DNA of 64,000 nt from an uncultured Armatimonadetes bacterium. GTDB lineage: Bacteria; Armatimonadota; Hebobacteria; Hebobacterales; Hebobacteraceae. Positions 10,060-19,799 of the stretch are shown piece by piece; the stretch's first letter is position 1; every line of letters begins with the position of its first letter. The notes under the pieces are model-generated. The model ran no database searches. It was not told where the DNA came from and saw nothing but the letters and a program-made list of their open reading frames with translations. The translations under genes were made by a program, and so were the position numbers. Where the stretch lies: the NCBI GenBank assembly GCA_963716175.1, contig OY970296.1, positions 3,104,001 to 3,168,000 on the forward strand. Direction: 5' to 3'.

Positions 10060-10326
10060 ATGAACCAAACCCACGACCATGCATCACTAGGTGAGTTTTT
10101 CTACGGAGCTGTGACAGTCGGGGAGCGGGGCCAGGTGGTGATCCCATCCGACGCCAGGAAGCGCTTCGGCGTGGAACCGGGAGATAAGCTGCTGGTGTTC
10201 CGCCACCCGCACGCCCCCGGGCTGGTGCTGGCCCGGGTGGATGACGTGCAGGCCCTGCTGGCGCAACTACAGCAGATGGCCGACACCCTCTCGCACATCA
10301 CCGAAGACCATGACAAGGGCCGCTGA
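10060..10326 (+). CDS. AbrB/MazE/SpoVT family DNA-binding protein
   Basis: FYGAVTVGERGQVVIPSDARKRFGVEPGDKLLVF; GGAGG RBS. Confidence 0.9.
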   Translation: MNQTHDHASLGEFFYGAVTVGERGQVVIPSDARKRFGVEPGDKLLVFRHPHAPGLVLARVDDVQALLAQLQQMADTLSHITEDHDKGR

Positions 10327-10356
10327 GCGCGCAGCGGCGAAGACCCGGAGGAGCAA

Positions 10357-11685
10357 GTGAGAGTACGGATCGCTCTGAGACGCCTTGCACTCGTACCAGC
10401 CTTGCTGATAGCTGCGGTCATCATCTTGGGCTGTGCGCGAGCACCCAGGAACGACAGCACCAGCAAGCAGCAGGAGCCAACGGGGGTGCCGGTGCAGACG
10501 GTCTCGACCCAGCTGGGCACGATGGTGGAGGAGGTGCCCGTCACCGGCACCATCAGCGCGCTGCGCAAGGCCGATATCACGGCCCAGATCTCCGGCCGCG
10601 TGCTGGAGGTGAAGGTGCGAGACGGAGACTCGGTGCGGGCCGGCGACGTGGTGGTCAGTCTGGATAAGGCGGAGCTGGCCAGCCAGGTGAACCAGGCCAG
10701 AGCCGGAGTGGTGGCCGCGCAGGCCAGGCTGGAGGCTGCGCGCAAGCGCTACGAGGTGGTGCGGCTCGGGGCCAGGTCCGAGGAGCGCGCCATGGCTGCG
10801 AGCCGCCTGGAGCAGGCGGAGGCCGCGCTCCGCCAGGCCGCGGCAGATCAAGATCGCATGCGCAAGCTGTTTCAGCAGGGCGCGGTATCGAAGCAGCAAG
10901 TCGAGGCCGCAGACACTGCCTATGACACCGCGCGGACGAATCGGGATAGCGCGCGGGATTCCCTCAAGCTGACCGAGATCGGGCCCCGCCCGGAGGAGAT
11001 CGAAGCCGCTCGTCAGGACGTGCAGGCGGCTCAGGCCGGGCTGGACCAGGCGCAGAGCGCCCTCGCCCAGGTGCAGGAGCTGTTGGGCTACACCACCATC
11101 CGTTCCCCGGTCACCGGCGTGGTCTACGAGCGGAATGTGGAACCCGGAGAGATCGCCTCCAGTGGTGGCGGCGGCAAACCGCTGCTGCGGGTGGCCGATC
11201 TCAGTTCTCTCTACCTGGAGGCCACGGTTCCGGAACGACTGGCGCACCAGGTGCATGCCGACCAGCGGGTGAAGGTCTCCCTGCAATCCCTGGGAGGCCG
11301 CAGCTTGGAGGGCCGGGTGCAGCGCCTGGTGCCGGTGGCCGACCCCACCAGCCGGGATTTCCTGGTGCGGGTGACCATTGCCGATCCCCAGGTGGCGCTG
11401 CGCCCAGGCGTGTTCGCCCAGGCCCGGATTCTGGTGCGGGAGCGCAGGGGAGTGGTAGTAGTGCCCAAGGAGGCCCTGGTCAGCCGGGGCGGGCGGCTGG
11501 AGGTGTTTCTGGTGCAGCAGGGCAAGGCCGTGGAGCGCCCGGTCGAGGTCGGGGTGACTGACCGGACGCAGGCGGAGATCCTCTCTGGGGTCAAGCCGGG
11601 CGACTCGGTGGTGGTGGTCGGCGCCCAGGCCCTGAAGAACGGCGACCTGGTGCGCGTGGGACGTGGGAGCCCCGGAGGTCAATAG
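10357..11685 (+). CDS. RND efflux periplasmic adaptor subunit
   Basis: Signal/lipoprotein N-terminus, lipoyl half-motifs (ISGRVLEVKVRDGDSVRAGD; IRSPVTGVV), long coiled coil. Confidence 0.92.
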   Translation: MRVRIALRRLALVPALLIAAVIILGCARAPRNDSTSKQQEPTGVPVQTVSTQLGTMVEEVPVTGTISALRKADITAQISGRVLEVKVRDGDSVRAGDVVVSLDKAELASQVNQARAGVVAAQARLEAARKRYEVVRLGARSEERAMAASRLEQAEAALRQAAADQDRMRKLFQQGAVSKQQVEAADTAYDTARTNRDSARDSLKLTEIGPRPEEIEAARQDVQAAQAGLDQAQSALAQVQELLGYTTIRSPVTGVVYERNVEPGEIASSGGGGKPLLRVADLSSLYLEATVPERLAHQVHADQRVKVSLQSLGGRSLEGRVQRLVPVADPTSRDFLVRVTIADPQVALRPGVFAQARILVRERRGVVVVPKEALVSRGGRLEVFLVQQGKAVERPVEVGVTDRTQAEILSGVKPGDSVVVVGAQALKNGDLVRVGRGSPGGQ

Positions 11686-11688
11686 CCC

Positions 11689-14600
11689 ATGTGGTTGACC
11701 CGGGTATCCATCCTGCGGCCGGTCACCATTACCATGGTGGTGCTGGCCATCGTCGTGCTGGGGCTGGTCTCGCGTGACAAGCTGCCGGTTGACCTCTATC
11801 CCAAGATTGACATCCCCTATGTCACCGTGGTCGCGAGCTATCCCGGCACCGGCCCCCAGGAAGCCGAGACCCTGATCACCAAGCCCATCGAGGACGCGGT
11901 CAGCACTATCAGCGGGGTCAAGAACGTGACTTCCACCTCCGAGGAGGGGGTGTCTTGGGTCTCCGTCGAGTTCTACCTGGGGACCGACCTGAACACCGCG
12001 ACCAATGACGTGCGAGAGAAGGTGGACGGGGCGCGGATGGAGCTGCCTCGGGACATGGATCCGCCGGTGATCGAGAAGTTCTCCCTCACCGCGATCCCGG
12101 TGGTGGCCTTCTCCCTCTCCAGCCCCCGCCCCCCTCAAGAGCTCCGCCGCATCGCCAATGACGTGATCAAGGACCGGCTCGGCAAGCTTCGGGGAGTGGG
12201 GGCGGTGAGGATCGCGGGCGGGGATGTGCGGGAGATCCTGGTGGCGGTGAACAAGGCCAGCCTGGCCGGGTACCAGCTCACCATCAACGATATCGTCGCC
12301 GCCCTCCAGGCCACCAACCTCAACCTCCCGAGCGGGAGCGTGAAGGAGGACCGGCGGGAGTACGCGGTGCGGGCGGTCGGGGAGTTCCAGTCTCCGGACG
12401 AGATCCGGAGCGTGCGGCTCAGCACGCGCAGCGGAAAGACGATCTACCTGGCGGACATCGCCGCGGTCAGTGATACCGTGGCGGAGCGCCGGGGCTTTGC
12501 CCGGGTGGACGGCGTGGACAGCGTGGCGGTGACGGTGCTGAAGCAGTCGGACGCGAACACGGTACAGGTGTGCGACGCCACCCGGAATGAACTGATGAAG
12601 ATGACCGGCCAGACCTTCAACATCGAGGGCGCCGAGGTCAAGGGAGTGCCCGAGCCGGAGGGCTCCCTCCAGGCGATCTGGTTCCGGATTCGCCCGCCCA
12701 GGCCGGTGGTCAGAGCCGCGGGGGTGTTGCCCCGGGACATCGCGGCTCGGATCACGGAAGATCAGTCCACCTTCATCCGCCAGAGCCTGTCGGATGTCCA
12801 GCACCACCTCATCCTGGGGTCGCTGTTCGCGGTGCTCATCGTCTTCATCTTCCTCCACAACTTCCGCGGCACCATCATCGTGGCGCTGGCCATCCCCACC
12901 TCCATCATCGCCGCCTTCACTCTCCTGCTGATCGCGGGATTCTCCGTGAACATGATGACGATGTTGGCGCTCTCGTTGTGCGTCGGGATTCTGGTGGACG
13001 ACTCGATCGTGGTGATCGAGAACATCTACCGGCACCTGCGCCTGGGGGAGGAACCGCGCCAGGCCGCGCTCAGCGGCCGGACGGAGATCGGCCTGGCCGC
13101 CATCACCATCACCCTGGTGGACGTGGTGGTATTCGTGCCCATCGCCTTCATGGGCGGGATCGTGGGGCAGTTCTTTCGCCAGTTTGGTCTGACGGTGGCG
13201 TTCGCCACCCTGTTCTCGCTGTTCGTGTCCTTCACCCTGACCCCCATGCTCAGCTCCCGCTGGTTCCGCAAAGCGGAGGTGGTGCCGGGCGACGAGGAGG
13301 CCGAATCCGGACCCGCGCCGGGCCTCTTCGGGCACCTGTTCCACGGGTTTGACCGGACCTACGTCGCCTTCCGGGAATGGTACCGCCGCCTCCTGGGATG
13401 GGCCCTCGATCACCGGCTGGTGACGGTGCTGATCGGTGTGGTCTCACTGCTGGCGTGCGTCGCGATTGCGATTCCCAAACCGACCGCGGCGATGCTGGTT
13501 CAGGGGCTGATGAAGGCAGGGCGGGCGGCAGCTCCGATGGCAGGGCTCGGGGTGCTGCTCCTGGGCCTGGCGAAGCTGCTGTCACGGCTTCGCGGGCGGG
13601 GCGTCGGCATCGCCGCGAGGGTGGTGCGGGTGCTCGCGGTCGTCATCGCAGTCATTGCCTTGCTTGGAGTGTGCGGCGGGCTGGCCGGTGGCGGGGCGCC
13701 GAAAGCCGCGGCCGGGGTGCTGGTGCTCGCCCTCAGCGCGGTCGGCGCCGCGTTCGGGGGCAGAGGGGGCCGGGTCCCGATGATGGCGGTGGGCGCGGCG
13801 GCCGTGGTGGTGGCGCTATTCGCGGTCAAGCCGCTCGGCGTGGAGTTCTTCCCCCGGGTGGACCAGGGCCGCATCAGCGCCACGGTGGAGCTGCCAGCCG
13901 GCTCCTCCCTGCTGGCGACTGACCGGGTGGTGCAGGAGATTGAGTCACACCTGCGCGATGAGAAGCGCTTCCCCGAAGTGGACACTGTTTTCGCCGATGT
14001 GGGCGGCTCGAATGTCGCCAACGCCACCGTCCGCGTGGTGCTGGTGGACAAGACGAAGCGGAAGCGATCAGACCTGGAGATCGTGGAGGCGGCGCAGCAG
14101 TTCGCCCGCGATATCCCGGGGGCCAAGGTGAAGACGACGGCCTATGAGAGCATGGGAGGGCCGGGCCAGGCGCCCGTCTCCATCGAGCTGACCGGCAGCG
14201 ACACCAACGAACTGGTCAAGCTGGCCGCGTCGATCGAGAAGAAGGTGGCGGAGGTGCCCGGGACACTCAACGTGGACACCACCTGGCGGGTCGGCAAGCC
14301 CGAGGTCCGGGCGGCGGTGGACCGGGACCGCGCGGCCGACCGGGGGGTAAGCACCTACCAGGTCGCCAGCGCCTTGCGCACCAGCCTGGAGGGAGACACC
14401 AGCACCAAGTTCCGCGATGGTTCCTATCAGTACGATGTGCGGGTGCGCCTGCGCGAGTTGGACCGCCAGAGCTTGGGCGAAGTGGCGAACCTGATCGTGG
14501 GCTATAACAGCGGCGCGATCTACCTGGGAGATGTGGCCGACGTTTCCCTCGCCACCGGGCCCACGAAGATTGACCGCAAGAACCGCCAGCGGATGGTGGC

Positions 14601-15285
14601 GGTGCAGTCGGACCTGGAGCGGGGATTCGCTTCCGCAAATGCCGAAGGCGCGATCAAGAAGGCGATTGCTAACGTGCCCCTGGGCAACGTCTCGCTGCAG
14701 TTCGGCGGCGAGAGCGCGGAGCGCGAGGAGTCGTTCGGCAACGTCCAGGGGGCGCTTCTCCTGTCGGTGGTGCTGATCTACATCCTGATGGCGGCGCTCT
14801 TCGAGGGGTACCTGAGCCCGTTCATCATCATGTTCGCGCTGCCCATGGCGCTGGTGGGGGCGCTGCTGGCGATCATCGTTACGGGCAAGACGCTGAGCCT
14901 GGTGACGATGATCGGCATCATCATGCTCATGGGCCTGGTGACCAAGAACGCCATCCTGCTGGTGGACTACACCAACACCTTGCGCGCCCGCGGCCTGGAC
15001 CGCCGCGCCGCCCTGCTCGAGGCCGGCCCCACCCGGCTCCGCCCCATCCTCATGACTACCCTGGCGATGATCTTCGGCATGGCCCCCATCGCCCTCGCGG
15101 TGGCCCGGGGTGGGGAGTGGCGGGCCCCCATGGCGATCGCGGTGATCGGGGGCCTCCTCCTGTCCACCATGCTGACGCTGCTGGTGATCCCGGTGCTGTA
15201 CACCGTCTTCGACAGCGTGGCGGCCGTCCTCACCGCCAGGCTGCGCGGCCTGCTGGGGCGGCTCGCCCCTCGCAGCCAAGGCTAG
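11689..15285 (+). CDS. RND efflux permease (AcrB/SwrC family)
   Basis: RPVT, GILVDDSIVVIENI, GLVTKNAILLVDY, RLRPILMTT. Confidence 0.95.
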   Translation: MWLTRVSILRPVTITMVVLAIVVLGLVSRDKLPVDLYPKIDIPYVTVVASYPGTGPQEAETLITKPIEDAVSTISGVKNVTSTSEEGVSWVSVEFYLGTDLNTATNDVREKVDGARMELPRDMDPPVIEKFSLTAIPVVAFSLSSPRPPQELRRIANDVIKDRLGKLRGVGAVRIAGGDVREILVAVNKASLAGYQLTINDIVAALQATNLNLPSGSVKEDRREYAVRAVGEFQSPDEIRSVRLSTRSGKTIYLADIAAVSDTVAERRGFARVDGVDSVAVTVLKQSDANTVQVCDATRNELMKMTGQTFNIEGAEVKGVPEPEGSLQAIWFRIRPPRPVVRAAGVLPRDIAARITEDQSTFIRQSLSDVQHHLILGSLFAVLIVFIFLHNFRGTIIVALAIPTSIIAAFTLLLIAGFSVNMMTMLALSLCVGILVDDSIVVIENIYRHLRLGEEPRQAALSGRTEIGLAAITITLVDVVVFVPIAFMGGIVGQFFRQFGLTVAFATLFSLFVSFTLTPMLSSRWFRKAEVVPGDEEAESGPAPGLFGHLFHGFDRTYVAFREWYRRLLGWALDHRLVTVLIGVVSLLACVAIAIPKPTAAMLVQGLMKAGRAAAPMAGLGVLLLGLAKLLSRLRGRGVGIAARVVRVLAVVIAVIALLGVCGGLAGGGAPKAAAGVLVLALSAVGAAFGGRGGRVPMMAVGAAAVVVALFAVKPLGVEFFPRVDQGRISATVELPAGSSLLATDRVVQEIESHLRDEKRFPEVDTVFADVGGSNVANATVRVVLVDKTKRKRSDLEIVEAAQQFARDIPGAKVKTTAYESMGGPGQAPVSIELTGSDTNELVKLAASIEKKVAEVPGTLNVDTTWRVGKPEVRAAVDRDRAADRGVSTYQVASALRTSLEGDTSTKFRDGSYQYDVRVRLRELDRQSLGEVANLIVGYNSGAIYLGDVADVSLATGPTKIDRKNRQRMVAVQSDLERGFASANAEGAIKKAIANVPLGNVSLQFGGESAEREESFGNVQGALLLSVVLIYILMAALFEGYLSPFIIMFALPMALVGALLAIIVTGKTLSLVTMIGIIMLMGLVTKNAILLVDYTNTLRARGLDRRAALLEAGPTRLRPILMTTLAMIFGMAPIALAVARGGEWRAPMAIAVIGGLLLSTMLTLLVIPVLYTVFDSVAAVLTARLRGLLGRLAPRSQG

Positions 15286-15457
15286 GGGGTGGCATCAGGG
15301 CCCCGCCGGCCTCGGCCTGGCGCAACCTGGCGTGAACCGGGTGTCTCGCGCCCTCGGGCCGGAAGGCGCACGCAGTGTTAACAAAGCCTCTGTTACGTGG
15401 TAAACTCGTTTCTGGTAGCAGTACGGGGCGGCGGGGTCGGATAGTGGAGGGAGTTAC

Positions 15458-15928
15458 GTGAAGCAGACGGTGAGCGCGCCCGTGGCGGTGCTGGTGATCT
15501 TTCTGGCGGCGGTGGCTTTCGCCGCGGTTTTTCACAATGCGCGGCTGGCGCCGCCGGAGCAAGCTCCGATCGCGATGCCCCCAGAGCCCCCAGTGAACGA
15601 CCGAGAGGTGGTCACGGCGCGGCAGGGCCTCAAGCCCCTGGGGCTGGTGGCGGTGCTGCCGCCCTTAATGGAGGACCGCAGGCAGGGGGTGCGGGTGGCC
15701 GGCGTGCTGCCCGGGAGCCCGGCGGATCGGGCCGGGATCAAGGCGGGAGACCGGATTGATAGCTTCGACCAGCATCGGGTGGCCCACCCCATGGCGCTGG
15801 CGCGGGCAATCACCCAGGTGAAGCCCGATCAGGTCAGTGAAATGGTGGTGCTGCGGGCCGGCAAGAACCTTACCTTGAAGGTTACGGGGATTCATGCCCT
15901 GCCGCCGGAGGAGAGGCCGCACTACTAG
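15458..15928 (+). CDS. Membrane-anchored PDZ-domain protein
   Basis: N-terminal TM; GVRVAGVLPGSPADRAGIKAGDRI. Confidence 0.85.
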   Translation: MKQTVSAPVAVLVIFLAAVAFAAVFHNARLAPPEQAPIAMPPEPPVNDREVVTARQGLKPLGLVAVLPPLMEDRRQGVRVAGVLPGSPADRAGIKAGDRIDSFDQHRVAHPMALARAITQVKPDQVSEMVVLRAGKNLTLKVTGIHALPPEERPHY

Positions 15929-16030
15929 CGGGGTGGGCGCGCGGCGGGGTCCCTGACCTCAGAGGCCGGGAGGGTGCCGTACCGGACCCAGCCATCAGGA
16001 GACCCCACCCGATAGCGGAGAGGAAGTGCC

Positions 16031-16516
16031 ATGAAACCGAAAGGTCAGCGACAGGACGTTGCTTTCCTGGCTCTGGCGGTGGCTGTGCTGGCGATCGCGG
16101 TGGCGCTCTTCGTGGGGGTGCGCGCGCTGCCGGGGTTGAGGGCGCGCCGGGCACCGGCGCCGCCGCCCCCGCCGGTGGCGAAGCCGGCGCCGCCCCCGGC
16201 GCAGCCGCCTGGATCACGCAGCCACGATCCGTTCAAAGGCAAGCCTGCTGCCGTCACTCCCGGAGCGGCGGCCAAACCGTCGCCGGAGTTGGAGTTGAAG
16301 CTGGTGGGGATCGTGCGAGGCCGGGAGCCCCTGGCCGTGATCCGGCGGGGCAATCGGCGCTATTACGTCAAGCGGGGAGATCAGGTCAGCGGGTATCTGC
16401 TCACCGAGATCGGGGAAAGCCGGGCTGTCCTCGCCAAAGGGACGGAGCAGGTGACGCTGAAGCTGCCTGCGCCCAGCCTGGAAGAGGGAACGGTGACTCG
16501 CAGCTCATCCCGGTGA
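16031..16516 (+). CDS. TM + Pro-rich + GspC/PilP-like small beta-domain protein
   Basis: DPF motif then LKLVGIV.GREPLAVI...RYYVKRGDQVSGYLLTEI. Confidence 0.6.
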   Translation: MKPKGQRQDVAFLALAVAVLAIAVALFVGVRALPGLRARRAPAPPPPPVAKPAPPPAQPPGSRSHDPFKGKPAAVTPGAAAKPSPELELKLVGIVRGREPLAVIRRGNRRYYVKRGDQVSGYLLTEIGESRAVLAKGTEQVTLKLPAPSLEEGTVTRSSSR

Positions 16517-16529
16517 GCGGGGAGAAGCG

Positions 16530-16811
16530 ATGGCAGACGAGCGGGAGTTCGACGTCATATACACTAACCTGGTGCGCATCACCCATGTGGCGCTGGAGTT
16601 CCTGGTAGACTTCAAGCGGCTGGGGCCAGAGAACCGGGAGGTCGAGTCCGCGCCTACCCAGGTGCGGATTGTAATGCATCCAGTGATTGCCAAGGCCTTG
16701 CGCGATGCGCTGTCGGAGAACGTGCGGCGCTATGAGCAGCAGTTCGGCGAGATTCCGGCGCCGTCCTCGGGGGCGGGGCCGGTGGTGCATGCAGGACCGG
16801 AGGTGCATTGA
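16530..16811 (+). CDS. DUF3467-like protein
   Basis: IYTNLVRITH...EFLVDF...RIVMHP..AKAL..AL.ENV..YE..FGEI. Confidence 0.8.
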   Translation: MADEREFDVIYTNLVRITHVALEFLVDFKRLGPENREVESAPTQVRIVMHPVIAKALRDALSENVRRYEQQFGEIPAPSSGAGPVVHAGPEVH

Positions 16812-16868
16812 GAGGCTGGGGGGGGTGCGCTCGGTCCGGCCTTGCGCGGGGGAGAAAGGGCGAGGGGA

Positions 16869-17216
16869 ATGAGCGGACAAGTGAACGGAAACGGGCAGGA
16901 CGATGGCTGCGCCCCGGCCGCGGCGGAGGGTGCGAAGGCGGCGATGCGGGAGCGCCGGCGGCACCGGCGGTGCCCGAGCTGTGGTGGGAGCAGCATGATC
17001 CGAGGCTGCCGCGTGCCAGGGGTCCAGCTCCAGGTGGTGACCCGAGACGGGGAGCGTCGCAGCGGTATGATCGGGCTTTACTCGGACGTGTGCGTGGATT
17101 GCGGCCTCACCAGCTTCTACGCGCGCAGGACGGAAGTGGCGGCCCAGCTACAGCAGCTGGAGGCCGCCCCTGCCTCGCAGCCCGCAGGCTGGGCGGACGA
17201 ACCTCCCGCTCGGTGA
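16869..17216 (+). CDS. Zn-ribbon hypothetical protein
   Basis: CPSCG ... VCVDCGLTSFYA. Confidence 0.65.
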   Translation: MSGQVNGNGQDDGCAPAAAEGAKAAMRERRRHRRCPSCGGSSMIRGCRVPGVQLQVVTRDGERRSGMIGLYSDVCVDCGLTSFYARRTEVAAQLQQLEAAPASQPAGWADEPPAR

Positions 17217-17297
17217 CGCTGCGGGCGGCGCCGGTGGCAGGTTGTGGGAAGAGAGCATCTGTGGCTCGTCGCCACAGTGGAGAAGGGAAGAGGTAGT

Positions 17298-17726
17298 ATG
17301 AAGCCTTTGCTGTCCGGGCGGATGCTGCTGCTGGTGGCGGCCATCATCTTCGTGACACTTATGATCTGGACTCGGGCCCATCCCCAGCGGCCGGACGACC
17401 CGGTGGCGGCGGCGATGCAGGACCTGTCGGACAAGTTGGGCCTGGAGGTGAGCCCGCCCACAGGGGGCGGCGGGGTGAAAGTGACCGCGGTTCGGCCCGA
17501 CAGCCCGGGCGCGCGCCTCGGTTTCCGCGCCGGGGATCGGATCGTGGCGGTGGGCGACCGCTCGATCTGGCATCCCCCCGGTCTGGTGGATGCGATCGCC
17601 AAGGTGCTCTCCAGTGGCTATCCGGTGTCGGTGATGGTTGACACCAACGGCGACTACCACAGCATCATCATAGGCCGAGGGCAGCGGGCCGGCGCCAGCG
17701 GGCGCGGGCGCGCGGCCGGGCGCTGA
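17298..17726 (+). CDS. Membrane-anchored PDZ-domain protein
   Basis: N-terminal TM; GVKVTAVRPDSPGARLGFRAGDRIVAVG. Confidence 0.85.
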   Translation: MKPLLSGRMLLLVAAIIFVTLMIWTRAHPQRPDDPVAAAMQDLSDKLGLEVSPPTGGGGVKVTAVRPDSPGARLGFRAGDRIVAVGDRSIWHPPGLVDAIAKVLSSGYPVSVMVDTNGDYHSIIIGRGQRAGASGRGRAAGR

Positions 17727-17745
17727 TCGGCCGCTCTCCCCAGCC

Positions 17746-18966
17746 ATGCGCAAGGCGGCTCTGGTCTACAGCCCCCGTTTCAAGGAGTACGACCTTGGGC
17801 CCTCCCATCCCATGAAGCCGGTGCGGGTGGAGCGCACTTACGAGCTGATCCGTGCCTGTGGCCTGCTGGAGTCGGACGGAGTATCAGTAGTGAAGCCGTC
17901 GCCCGCCGACGACAGCACCCTCGCTCTCATCCACAGTCAGGAGTACCTGGATGCCGTGCGCGCCCCCAGCGAAGGCCGGCCCGTGCGCAGGCCCTACCAA
18001 TTTGGGCTCGGCACCTCCGACAACCCCATCACCGAGGGCATCTATGAAGCCACTGCACTCGTCGTCGGCGCCTCCGTGCTCGCCGCCGACCTGGTGGCAG
18101 ACGGGGAGGCGGCGGTCGCCTTCAACCCCGCAGGCGGGCTCCATCACGCCCATCGCTCCCGCGCTGCTGGCTTCTGTGTCTTCAACGACCCTGCCGTCGC
18201 CATCGCTCACCTGTTGCAGCGTTGCGGTGAAGGGGTGAAGGTGGCCTATCTGGACATAGACGCCCACCACGGCGACGGGGTGCAGGAGGCCTTCTACCAG
18301 CGCCGGGACGTGCTCACCATCTCTCTCCACGAGAGCGGGCGCTTTCTTTTCCCATTCACCGGGGAGGTGAGCGAGACGGGCGAGGGAGAGGGAGAGGGAT
18401 TCTCGGTCAACCTTCCGTTCTCGCCCTATACCAATGACGAAACCTACCTGTGGGCGTTCCGGGAAGCCATCATCCCCATTCTCGAGGCCTTTGCCCCGGA
18501 CTACATCTGCACCCAGCTCGGGGCCGACACCCACTACCAGGACCCCCTCACCCACATGTGCCTCACCACCCACGGCTACCTGGCGGTGATTGACGAGATC
18601 GCGGCCCGTTTCCCCCGCTGGATCGCGGTGGGTGGAGGCGGCTATCACCTCGCGGTGGTCCCTCGCGCCTGGACGCTGGCTTTCGCCTGCATGACCGGGG
18701 CCGATCCCCCGTCTCGCATACCCGCCTCCCAGGCCGGGCGCTACCGCCTCGCGCCCGCGCCAGCTCGCGCCGCCGCCAAGGCCAGGAAGGCCGCGTCCTC
18801 GCGCGAGAAGGAGGCGCAGACGGAAGAGGAACAAGCTCCTCCTCTCCACGACACCTCCGTCCCCACTATAGACGAGGACTGGGCCCGCGCCGCTCGGGAG
18901 TTCGCCGAGGAGTCGGTAGCCGAGATCAAAGGCCGCCTCTTCCCATTGCACGGGCTGAGAGCATAG
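17746..18966 (+). CDS. acuC: AcuC / histone deacetylase family protein
   Basis: HPMKPVR, GGLHHA, GFCVFND, DIDAHHGDGVQ, GADTH..DPL, GGGGY. Confidence 0.9.
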   Translation: MRKAALVYSPRFKEYDLGPSHPMKPVRVERTYELIRACGLLESDGVSVVKPSPADDSTLALIHSQEYLDAVRAPSEGRPVRRPYQFGLGTSDNPITEGIYEATALVVGASVLAADLVADGEAAVAFNPAGGLHHAHRSRAAGFCVFNDPAVAIAHLLQRCGEGVKVAYLDIDAHHGDGVQEAFYQRRDVLTISLHESGRFLFPFTGEVSETGEGEGEGFSVNLPFSPYTNDETYLWAFREAIIPILEAFAPDYICTQLGADTHYQDPLTHMCLTTHGYLAVIDEIAARFPRWIAVGGGGYHLAVVPRAWTLAFACMTGADPPSRIPASQAGRYRLAPAPARAAAKARKAASSREKEAQTEEEQAPPLHDTSVPTIDEDWARAAREFAEESVAEIKGRLFPLHGLRA

Positions 18967-19044
18967 GCGGCCTGGGGCAAGGCCTGAGGGTGGTAGCGAT
19001 GGCCAGGGCAGGAGACGTGCTCCTGCCCTACGAAGTCATGGCGT

Positions 19045-19797
19045 ATGGCAAGCGCAGCTCTGCCGGCTCCACCTTTCGTCTTCTTCGATGTGGACGACAC
19101 TCTGATCCAGTGGACCACCAGTTGGGCTGACGTCTTTGCCCAGGTGGCGGGCGAAGCGGGGGTGGAGGTGAGAGCCGAAGCGGTGGAGCAGGCCTTGACC
19201 GGGGGCCTCGATGGGCTCTACCAGGACTGCCTGCGGCGGCATTCGGCACGAGGTGATGCCCGCCAGTTCTGGCTGGACTACGACCGCCAGATCCTCGCCT
19301 CCCTCGGCGTGAAGCACGACCTGGACCGGCACACCGAGCGCCTGCTCGCCCTTTTCCAGCGGCCCGGCGCCATCAGGCTCTATCCCGAGGTGCCCGAAGT
19401 CCTCGCGCAGCTCAAGGCGGCCGGCGTGCGGCTGGGCATCGTCACCGGCCGGCCTGTCGCTTCACCCGATCTGGAGCGGCTGGGAGTTCGGCACTACTTC
19501 GAGCCGGTCATTGACGCTCTCGCCGCCGCCAGCAGCAAGAGCGAAGGCCGCATGTTCCTGCTTGCCGCCGAGGCGGCGGCGAGAGAGGGACGGGCCGCCT
19601 GGCATGTTGGCGATAGCTATCATGACGACGTCTGCGGGGCGCGGGCCGCGGGCCTTCGTCCCATTCTGGTTGACCGCCGGCAGCAATACCGGGAGGCCGA
19701 CTGTCCGCGGATCGGCGATCTGCGAGCATTGCCGGACATCATCCTCGCCGCGCCGCCAACCCTGGAGAGCAACCTCACCCTTGGCTCGGAGGCCTGA
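19045..19797 (+). CDS. HAD family hydrolase
   Basis: FFDVDDTL motif I; HVGDS..DDV.GARAAG motif IV. Confidence 0.9.
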   Translation: MASAALPAPPFVFFDVDDTLIQWTTSWADVFAQVAGEAGVEVRAEAVEQALTGGLDGLYQDCLRRHSARGDARQFWLDYDRQILASLGVKHDLDRHTERLLALFQRPGAIRLYPEVPEVLAQLKAAGVRLGIVTGRPVASPDLERLGVRHYFEPVIDALAAASSKSEGRMFLLAAEAAAREGRAAWHVGDSYHDDVCGARAAGLRPILVDRRQQYREADCPRIGDLRALPDIILAAPPTLESNLTLGSEA

Positions 19798-19799
19798 GC

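Noticed and set aside
10267-13413. Long antisense ORFs (e.g. 1048 aa here, 736 aa opposite atpA)
   Set aside because: Shadow ORFs of GC-rich coding strands with no recognisable motifs
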